From assembly GCA_951406725.2 (NCBI GenBank), contig OX597825.1, positions 78,740,001-78,804,000 on the forward strand: a stretch of 64,000 bases of DNA, in the 5' to 3' direction. A program made the position numbers and the translations under genes. The stretch comes from Octopus vulgaris (taxonomy: Eukaryota). The notes under the pieces were generated by a model. That model was not told where the DNA came from. It was given only the letters and a program-made list of their open reading frames with translations, and made no database searches. Below, in pieces: positions 54,111-64,000 of the stretch (its first letter is position 1; every line of letters begins with the position of its first letter).

Positions 54111-54730
54111 ACAGTGCTACTCAAAGTGGGGGGGGTCTATGGACTGATGCCAGTCCGCAAGCCATCAAACTGCCGCTACATGGTGAGTTTCCAGAAAAGA
54201 AACATTATAAAATGCTTATGTAATATTGTATTATTTGTTTACAAAAAAATTGTCAGCTTTTATTATATTCATTATATATATTACGGAGATGTACTCGCAT
54301 AGCAAGTAATTTGATCTGAGATCATGTGCTGAAACGAAAACAATTGCAGCGTGGAAGGTGTTTATAAGCCATTTAAGAAACACACAAAAGCCGTTCGATT
54401 CACTTCAACATTTAAGTTTAATTTGTCAAAATATTTTCGTCGCTAAAATCCGCGACCTGTTCACTGACAAAGTCCGGACTTTGTCAGTGAACAGGTCGCG
54501 GATTTTAGCGACGAAAATATTTTGACAAATTAAACTTAAATGTTGAAGTGAATCGAACGGCTTTTGTGTGTTTCTTAAATGGCTTATAAACACCTTCCAC
54601 GCTGCAATATTCATTATATATATTGTTTCCGGTATAAATTAATATTACTAAGAAATATTACCAGTCCCTGGCACATTGGGGAGGAAAAAAACTGCTGGTA
54701 CGCCACATCAGGTAGTTTGAGAAGCACTGA
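54111..54730. mobile_element. hAT-like MITE interrupted by the fold-back insertion
   Basis: TIRs CAGTGCTACTCAAA ... TTTGAGAAGCACTG. Confidence 0.55.
54283..54608. mobile_element. Young fold-back insertion: perfect 266-bp palindrome plus one-sided tail
   Basis: 54343-54608 is self-complementary with no spacer; 18-bp TSD ATATTCATTATATATATT at 54265-54282 and 54607-54624. Confidence 0.8.
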
Positions 54731-56439
54731 CTTACAGTATTTACTTTCTTTTAAGTTTCAAGTTCAAATTCAGCCGAGGTCTTAACTTTGCTTTTCACCC
54801 TTCCAGGGTCAGACTACCAGTGAGACTGTAGTTGATTGCTACTCTATCAACTATACATTCTGTCTTTCTGCCAAGACTATAAATTATTATCTAAAAAAAT
54901 TCCTCAAAATTCCTCAGCAAAAATTCTTGCAGCTTTATTTTGTAATTGTGGCACACACTACAGTTATGGATCTTAAATTTAAGCTTCAGTCATACAATGG
55001 CTTTCGGGAAATCAAAAGTTGCATATATCAAGGACTTCACACATGCAGATATATGTGCATGGATGCACACATCGTTGCTCACATGGATTACAGGTGTAAA
55101 AATTGAGAGATTTTTAAATCAAGATTAACAAACTTTGAAAAAAATTTTTAGAGCAGCTGTGGATTATAACCTGAAAAAAAAAAACTAGCTGTTCTTGCTC
55201 CAGATTAATCCTGATTTTTAAAAAAAATAATAATAAAATATGATTAAAGGCATACAAGTCATGACCATCCTGTCCTCTTTGGTAGTGCATATCTAAGGCT
55301 ACATTATCTAATGTGTGTCTCTTTTTCATGGGAGTAGAGAGTATTTTGAGAGAGGTTTGACTGCTATTTCTAGCTGGCCAAGAGACCATATAAAGCAGTC
55401 AATGAGCAAACTGTGGACTACAAGACTTTCTAAATGGCACACCTAACAAAAATTACCTTCAGTTTTTTTGGGGGGTTTTTTTAGTAGTGTGACCTGCCAG
55501 ATGAACCATGCCTCAAGTGTCCCATTTCTCTAAAAAGATTGCCCATCCCTGATATAGAGGCTCTCAGCCAGGTGAAAAAAAAAGCCAATGATAGTGGCAC
55601 AAGACTTAATGAAATTTATATAAATGAGAAAAGTTTTTTTGTGCCACGAAAAGATACGCAAGTAAAGATGTCTGAAGGAAATCTCCTCCCCAAATCATCA
55701 GAACTCGTTTCACCCTAAAAACCTTGTCTTATTTTACAGATGTTATTTTATATCTTCATAAGCTCACCATCATCATTTAACATCCACTTCTCCATGCTTG
55801 CATGGGTCAGACTGAATTTGTTGAGATAGATTTTCTATGACCTGATGCCCTTCCTGTCACCAACCTCCACCTGCTTTCAAACAAGCAAGGGAATATATCC
55901 CCCAAAGCCAGACACTTTTTTTCACAGAATACTGGAAACCAACAACCTCATTTACTTGATGACAATGCAGATATACAACCATCATGTGATGTCTCCAAAA
56001 GGCTACAGCAAAACACAAATATACATTGCATATACATATATATATCTACATATCGTGCAGTGCTATATAAAATCACCCAGGATACCCTGTAAAGTGGTTG
56101 GTATTAAGAAGGGCATCCAACCATGGAAACCATGCCAAATTAGACTGGAGTCTGGTGCAGCTCCCCAGCTCTGGTCAAACCCATGTTAGCATGGACAATG
56201 GACGTTAAATGATGTATGTATGTATGTATATATCATCATTTAGCATCCACTTTCCATGTTGGCATGGGTTGAATGGTTTGACTGAGGACTGGAAAGCCAG
56301 GAGGCTGCACCAGGCTCCAGTCTGATCTGGTAAGATTTCTACAGCTGGATGCCCTTCCTAATGCCAACCACTCTGAGAGTGTAGTGGGTGCCTTTCACAT
56401 GCCACCAGCACAGGAGCCAGTTAGGCAGCACTGGCATTG

Positions 56440-56901
56440 ACCAGAGTCCAGAAACTGGCTACTCGCATGGTTCGTGGTCTCAAGCATTTGTCTTATGAAG
56501 AAAGGCTGAAGACGCTCGACCTTTATTCTCTTGAAAACCACCGCCGCCGTGGTGATCTCATTCTTGCTCACAACATCATAAGCAGAAAGTGTAACCTCTC
56601 GAAAGAGCTGTTCTTCACTCCTGCTCCAGAGCGTCGGCTGCGGGGTCACTCCGGAAAGCTCTATCTGCAACGATTTCATCTCAATCAAAGGAGAGGGGCT
56701 TTCTCCGTCTGGGTTGCGGATCCGTGGAATAAGCTGCCAGACAAGATAGTGAAGATGCCGACGACCGCTCGGTTCAATGTCTCTCTTGACCAGAAATGGC
56801 CTGAACTCTTTGCACGAACACTCTCCCTGTACATAACTCCATTTACCCCTACATGGCCTTGCTTTTTTGCTTTTTGAGCCAAAAAATTAACTTAACTTAA
56901 C
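56440..56901 (+). mobile_element. 5'-truncated CR1-clade LINE (ORF2 C-terminus plus 3'UTR) inserted in a family C element
   Basis: RVQKLATRMVRGLKHLSYEERLKTLDLYSLE..RRRGDLI...LRGHS.KL...FS..V...WNKLP; ends in (TTAAC)n. Confidence 0.85.
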
Positions 56902-57749
56902 ATTCATGTGGTGCTTTTTACGTGCCAGCCAGGCTGTACTGGCATCGACCATGCTTGTTTGGTGCTTTTTATGTGCCACCAGCATGGAAGCCAATCAGGC
57001 AGCACTGGCATCGACCACATTTATTTTTGCTATAATCATAGTAGCAAAAGGGCTAACAGCAACATCATCATCATCATCATCATCATCACATAATTAAGAA
57101 ACAGTCTATAAATATATACAACAGCCAACAGATGTGGATGTGCAAGAGTAGAGTGACAGGGAGATGATTATAAGGGGGGGAAGGGGCAACGACACCATCC
57201 ACTGTTGAGTGTTTTGTTTAACAGACAGACAGACAGACAGTCATAGAAATGCCCCCAGAGAGAAAGAGAGAGAGAGAGATAGAAACAGAGAGGCATACGC
57301 AATGGCAGAGAGAGATAACCATTCACACAGAAAGACAGAGTGAGGGTGAGAGAGAGACAAACAGACATACAGGAAGAGAGAGAGAGAGAGAGAAAGAGAG
57401 ATGAAGAAAGAAAAAACAGACAGGCATACACAATAGCAGAAATAGAGATAGACAGTCACACAGAAAGACAGAGAGAGGGAGAGACAGACATATAGAGAGA
57501 CAGAAAGAGATACAGACAAGTACATAGAAAGATATAGAGAAACAGAGGCATAGATAATGGTAGAAAGAGAGAGGTAGCCAGTCACAGAGAGAGGGGAGAG
57601 AGAGAGAGAGAGAGACATATAGATAAGACAGACAAATATACATACAGGGAGAGAGAGACAGAAATAAACCAATAGACAGGCACAAAGAAAGAGAAAGAAA
57701 GAGATGCAGACAGGTAAATAGAGAGAGAGAGAGAGAGGGATAAAGACAG

Positions 57750-57790
<41 letters not shown>

Positions 57791-57821
57791 TAAAGACAAG
57801 AAGATAGACATATAGAAAGAC

Positions 57822-57853
<32 letters not shown>

Positions 57854-57900
57854 CTAACTTGTTGGTGAAAGGGTATTGAGGGGTGTTTGTGGTTGGTTAC

Positions 57901-58096
57901 CTGGCCAGACGAGTCAAATGAAGATTTCTCCACACTGAGTTTGACCTGGTCAAAGAGATTCGGGTAGAGGGCAGGGTTTAACTCGTGGCCCAATACGGCC
58001 CTTGATGTGCTTCTGGAGATGATGGGCTCTGAATTTCTAATGTTGACACACTAGAAATTTGAGCAGGTTCTCAATAAACTGCATGACCAGACAACA
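57901..58096 (-). pseudogene. NF1: Isolated disabled neurofibromin (NF1) exon
   Basis: CCLVMQFIENLLKFLVCQH*KF..LQKHIK/..GHELNPALYPNLFDQVKLSVEK.SFDSSGQ|gtaac resembles NF1 (LVC.HEK...K.LVG.EL.PALYP.LF....K FFDSQGQ). Stop at 58037-58039 plus a frameshift; AG/GT borders retained. Confidence 0.8.
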
Positions 58097-58217
58097 CTGT
58101 ACGTATGTATATCCATATATATATATATACAAATATATATGTGTGTGTGTGTATGTGTGTATGTAAGTATATCCATGTGTATATATATATATATATAAAT
58201 ATATTTGTGTGTGTATG

Positions 58218-58250
<33 letters not shown>

Positions 58251-60236
58251 ATATGTATATATATATATATATATATATTACGCATGCATGCATGCATACA
58301 CGAAAGGATTCTTTCAGTTTCTACCAAAACCACTCGTGAGGCTTTGGTCAGCCCAAGGCCATAATAGAAGACACTTGCTCAAAGTGCAGTGGAATGGAAT
58401 TGAACCCAAGACATAGTTGGGAAGCAGGCCTCTGACCACACAGCCATGGCTACACTGATCTTAAAAGAAAGAAAATAACAATACTGTATTTTCCAGTGTA
58501 CAAGTCAAATTATTCAAACCAAAATTTACAGCCGAGAAAGGCAGGTTATAAATTATACACCATGACGACTTTGGAGGACCAAAAACTTCATGGGAAATGC
58601 AACAGGATTTGGAAAGACGAAGAAGGATGTCTGAATGTTTGCACTCTTTTACTCGTTTCAGTCATTTGACTGCGGCCATGCTGGAGCACCGCCTTTAGTC
58701 AAGCAACTCGACCCCGGGACTTATTCTTTTTGTAAGCCCAGTACTTATTCTATCGGTCTCTTTTTGCCGAAACCGCTAAGTGATGGGGACGTAAACACAC
58801 CAGCATCGGTTGTCAAGCAATGCTAGGGGAACAAACACAGACACACAAACACACACACATACATATACATATATATATATATACATATATACGACAGGCT
58901 TCTTTCAGTTTCCGTCTACCAAATCCACTCACAAGGCATTGGTCGGCCCGGGGCTATAGCAGAAGACAGTTGCCCAAGATGCCACGCAGTGGGATTGAAC
59001 CCGGAACCATGTGGTTGGTTAGCAAGCTACTTACCACACAGCCACGTCGACTTCTATGTCGGAAAATATGGTAGAAATTAACATATTTTTTGCTTGATGT
59101 GAAATAAACACAAAAAAAAACCACTAAATGTATATTCTCTAATGAAAAAAAAATTTATCTGGAATGAACTGGATGTTGTAATACATCCATAAAAATATAA
59201 ACACATGCAAAAAGGAAACCCTCTGAAGGTATGTTAAATGAACTAAAGTATTTAGGCTTACGTTGAAATGGATACTTTTCTATATTTACAACTAATACGG
59301 GACTATTACAAGAATAAATAAACTGAAAATAGCAACTGTCTTGTACTGCATGATATAAAAATAAACAACTTCTTCCAGGAGAACTATAGGAAGCAGCCAG
59401 CTTATGGAAACAGAAATATATATATGTGTATATATATAAATATATAATAGAAATATGTTTTAAAAAGAAAATAGAAACTACACGTGGTAATGTAAGGGGA
59501 AAGTAAGAAAATATATATATATATATATGTGTATATATGTATATATATTTATTATAGACCAAAACATCACCACTACCCACTACCTTTGCAGGAAAGATGT
59601 TTCCTGAGAAAATAGTAAACAAATCTGAAGATTCAAAGATACGTTAGAATCACAAGGATGAAGGGTCACTGACATAAACATCAACAACAAACATTCCGGA
59701 ATTCATTGAACAAACAGCTATAACATTAACCAACACGGTTGTTGCTATCTAGTTAGCAAAGTTAACATGAATGGTAAAATCGACCTGCTAGAAACAGCAG
59801 CCAAATCTCCATCAAACCACACCCTACCATGTTGAAAAGGGGGAGAGTCTTTGATGTGTTGTGTCTGAAAATAATGGTTCAGCATGGATGGAATGCATCT
59901 GAACAGCCATGTGCTGGCCCAGTGGTGAGAGCAGCTAAACAGCAACATGCATTCTCAATATGAAAACAAAAAGGTATGTATCTATACCAGGGGTGGGGAA
60001 ACTTTTTAGTTTCCAATGAAAAAGTTCCATGGGCAGACCACAAGTTCTGACTCATCTGTGTAAATCTTTTATATATACCTACATATAATTCAATATACAT
60101 TAATAAAAATAAGACTTTAACACATTAAATTAACGCGTAACATCTTCATTGACATTTGACCTGCTTTAGAGACCAGTAATAACCATGGAGAGCAGTGTTA
60201 CTTATACATACATATGTATGTATATTATGTATGTGC

Positions 60237-60271
<35 letters not shown>

Positions 60272-60559
60272 GGGAGAGTTTACGAAAAAAAACAAGACGA
60301 AGACAGGTGGTGTACAAAACAAACAGATGTATTAGTATAACGCTCAGGAATAGAAAAAGTCTTTTACGTTTCGAGCCTATGCTCTTCAACGGAAAGGGAC
60401 GCAGAAAAAACAAGGAGAGAAAAAAATGTGTGTAGTGGCTAACGATCTATCATGGCGACTACCAGACAGAAGGATCACACAGGAGAGTGAAGAATTAGGG
60501 GAGATAACAAAGTAAAGATGACCCCCAACACAAAGGTGTGTATAAGAGAGTATGTGTGT

Positions 60560-60594
<35 letters not shown>

Positions 60595-61396
60595 AGTAAC
60601 ATTGTGCACACACACATAAAATCATTGATTTTGAAAGAGCTAACGAGAAATGATAACACCCAGCAACAAGGCTTTCTACAGGTCAGACACCACATGTAGG
60701 ATAAACTATTTATCAATCTGTCTGCCTATCTCTATCTGCCACCCATCTATCAACCTGCCTATCAATCTATTCATCCACCTACCTATTTCTGTATCTACTT
60801 CTCTATCCATATATCCTTAATCTATGCCAATGAACTTTCAAACCTTTTACATGCGTAAAATCTATTATGGAAAGTTAAACCTCCTCATTGTAATCTACAA
60901 CTTTTTATTGTAGTTTATCATTTTTCCATTTTATTTCCCCCTCTTCCTTTACCTTCCCAACCTCTCCCACTAACAGCATTACCCTGTTATATCTCCATCT
61001 CTCTCTTTGTGGTCAATGCCAGTGCCACCTAACTGGCTCTCGTGCAGGTGGGACACAATAAGCACCATTCATGTGTGGGTTGTTGCCAGTGCCACCTGAC
61101 TGGTTCCCCATGCTGGTGGTACGTAAAAAGCACCATCCGAACGTGGTCGATGCCAGCTCAACCCCCACCACCACCCCGCCCCGACTGGCTCCTGTGCCGG
61201 TCGATGCCAGCGCCACCTGACCTGTTCCTGGAGTGGTTGGCATTAGGAAGGGCATCTGGCTGTAGAAACATTGCCAGATCGGATTGGAGCCTGGTGCAGC
61301 CAGTCCTCAGTCAAACCATCTAACCCATGCCAGCATGGAAAGCAGACGTTAAACGATTATGATGATGATGATATGATATATATATATATATATATA

Positions 61397-61769
61397 TCTC
61401 TATATAAACGGCAGTTTGTCTGTGCGTGTTTCTGTGTGTCTGTTTGCTTGTACCTTCACCCTGACCACGGCTTTCAACCGATTCTGATGAAACTTGACAC
61501 ACACATAGCCCAATGTCATAATTCAAAACTAAAGCAGCGAAAATTTTGAAAAGTTCCCCCAGTTCTGAAAAAAATCGATAAATTCGACATGGGGTCCAGA
61601 ATCAGAAACACAAACTGTCTAGGGGACGCAACTCCACCTTTTTTAACTAAAAAAAAAAAATTACCATCATTTTTTTCCATTTTTTTGCTATTTTTTGGCT
61701 ATAACTCTCTAAAAATGCTTTATAGTTATTTCCCTTACAAACCTGAGCAACGCCGGGCGATACTGCTAG
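61397..61769 (+). mobile_element. Non-autonomous Helitron-like element inserted in (AT)n
   Basis: 5' TC(TCTATATAA), 3' imperfect GC hairpin CCTGAGCAACGCCGGG then CTAG; sits between A and T; no TSD. Confidence 0.65.
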
Positions 61770-62856
61770 TATATATATATATACACATATATATATATAG
61801 CTAGGCACAGAAAGTATCCTTCCTAACTACATAGTTTTGGGTTCAGTCCCACTGTGTGGCAATTTCGGTGAATATTTTCCACTATAGCCTCATTCTAACC
61901 AAATCCTTGTGAGTAGATTTGACAGATAGAAACTTATAGAAACTTGTCATGTGTGCATGCATAACCTTTGACATTGCATAGTAATTGCAAATGTGCATCC
62001 CCATCATACAAGCGGTGTCCTTGTTTTCAATCCTCCATGTAACCCTGCCTGAGCATGAGAAAGTAATAACTTATTCAGAAATAGGTGAAGGTTGGTGACA
62101 GAAAAGGCATCTAGCTGTAGAGACTGTTTCCACAAATTCAGTGTAACCCATATGAGCATGGAAAAGTGAACATTACAATGTTGAATATATATACATATAT
62201 ACATACATATATCAGAGGCAATGACTAGTGACTGAGACCTTTGGCAATATGCTGTGCTTGTGAAGACTTGTCAAGCCAAGTGAAATCATAGTTGTGGCCG
62301 ATGCTGGTGTCACATAGCTGGCACCTGTGCCGGTGGCACATAAAAAGCACCTTTCAAGCATTGGCCCTCACAGAGGCAAGGATGGCCAATGCCAGTGGCA
62401 TGTGAAAAGCACCTTTCATGTGTTGGGCCTCATGGAGGTGATGACAAATGACCATGACTTTTGGCATTGTGCCATGCTTGAGAAGAAGACCCATCAAGCC
62501 AAGTGAAATTGTAGTCATGTCAGCCACTGGTGTCACGCATCCAGCCATAGAAAACCATGCCAAATCAGACTGGAGTCTGGTGCAGCCTTCCAGCTTGCCA
62601 GCCCTGGTCAAACCGTCATGCAGTGCTGTCATCGAATTTGATTTCGATTTCACTTGCCTCAACAGGTCTTCGCAAGCAGAGTTTAGTGTCCAATGAAGGA
62701 AAGGTACGCATAAGTGGGCTGGTTACGCCACTGGCATAGGCCACGGATTATGGTCCCATTTGGCTCGCTGGGTCTTCTCATGCACAGCATATTTGCAAAG
62801 GTCTCAGTCACCAGTTATTGCCTCGCTGAGGCCTAATATTAGGTACGTATGTATTC

Positions 62857-63262
62857 ATATTTGAAAAGAGAAAAGAAGGGCTTCGCTGGTAGTTCTAATC
62901 AATATAATTTTCTGATAATATGATTTTACAGTTTGGTTTTTAGATCTATAAGTCCTTTAACCTCAGTAAGGAGATTTTTTTTAAAGATTCCTAGTTAAGT
63001 TTTCTGGAGAAATTTCTCACATTTGTCTGTGGTGATTGTCAAACTGATCTCACGTTGTGTTGGGCTGATCAGTTTGACAACCACCACTGATGAATGCAGG
63101 AAAGTTCTCCAGAAAACTTAACAAGGAATTTTTTTAAAAATCTCCCCACCAAAGTTAACAAAGAACTTACTAAATCTAAAAACTTAACTGTAAAATTATA
63201 TTATTAGAAAACTGAATTGATTAGAATGACCGGTAAAGTCCTTTTCCTTTTTCAAATATACC
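62857..63262. repeat. Degenerate fold-back (inverted repeat, ~200-bp arms). Similar fold-backs at 31697-31921 and 50636-50870
   Basis: Left arm is the approximate reverse complement of the right arm. Confidence 0.6.
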
Positions 63263-63293
63263 TAACTGTACAAAGAATTTCGTACATTTTCCA

Positions 63294-63325
<32 letters not shown>

Positions 63326-64000
63326 GGGTGTGTTGAAAAGTTCATGGATTTGGGTAAAAGGAAATACAAGAAGATCAGTTAATTATGGCATTATTCAAGC
63401 TGTAGAAACATTGACAGATCAGAATGGAGCCTGGTGCTTATTGTAGTGGTCCTTCAGTTTTTCTAAGCCCTGTAAAAGAACCCGGGAAGATTGGGCCTCC
63501 AACCAGGTTTTTCACAATAACCTTAAAGCCAGGAACCTTTTGGCATCCTCTCGTGTGTGTGTGTGTGTGCCCTTTTATTAAAGCCGAAAAAATCTTGACA
63601 AACTGTTACCAAGAGTTTCACATTAACTAGTCATTGGACAGTTGCGATAAATACTAAACTAAAACTGTGGTATTACAAGTAATACAGACATAACATGACA
63701 TAATACATTTCAAATGAATAAGCAATGAAATTTGATTGGGTAACTGATTTTCAAAAATGTAACGGTGTAGTTTCACTATCAGAGGGGGAGGAGTAAAACT
63801 TAACGATGAAATATAAAGATATTTAATATATAAAATCGAAGAAAAAAAAAGACCTTGTGCAAGAGTGACTGAAAATGGCAGGGAATATATCCAGAAAATA
63901 AGAAGTGACAAAAGTTACAGATTGATAATTAAAATGAATAATTAGGCTTGCAAATTGGATATTTAAAAGTTGAGAATATAATAGAAGATAAATGGAAAAC

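Noticed and set aside
55620-55715. Minus-strand VLMIWGGDFLQ resembling a Pif1/Helitron helicase motif
   Set aside because: Too short, with an early stop and no other helicase motifs.
59660-59750. Plus-strand EFIEQTAI resembling the next NF1 exon
   Set aside because: Opposite strand and wrong side relative to the NF1 pseudo-exon; low similarity, likely chance.

Overview
Eukaryotic, AT- and microsatellite-rich genomic DNA. The repeat landscape looks like an octopus (coleoid cephalopod); this is an inference. Almost all long ORFs in the six-frame track are microsatellite artefacts. Real genes, all on the minus strand: (1) a 5'-incomplete UBE4B/UFD2 U-box E4 ubiquitin ligase with 24 phase-consistent GT-AG exons (48131 to 12852, about 1057 codons); (2) the first coding exon of a CCDC114/CCDC63 (ODAD1)-like dynein docking gene (1646 to 1489), with a candidate RFX X-box/forkhead promoter near 6.9 kb; (3) a single disabled neurofibromin (NF1) exon (58096 to 57901). 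The rest is SINEs, MITEs (piggyBac-, Merlin-, Tc1- and hAT-like), a Helitron-like element, a CR1 fragment and minisatellites. The most striking unexplained structure is a set of unrelated short non-coding elements carrying hammerhead-ribozyme (HHR) or HHR-like motifs. Several are asymmetric fold-back insertions with target-site duplications (TSDs), including a multi-copy element joining a tRNA-Arg-like Pol III head to a Penelope-type minimal HHR tail in a head-to-head palindrome.
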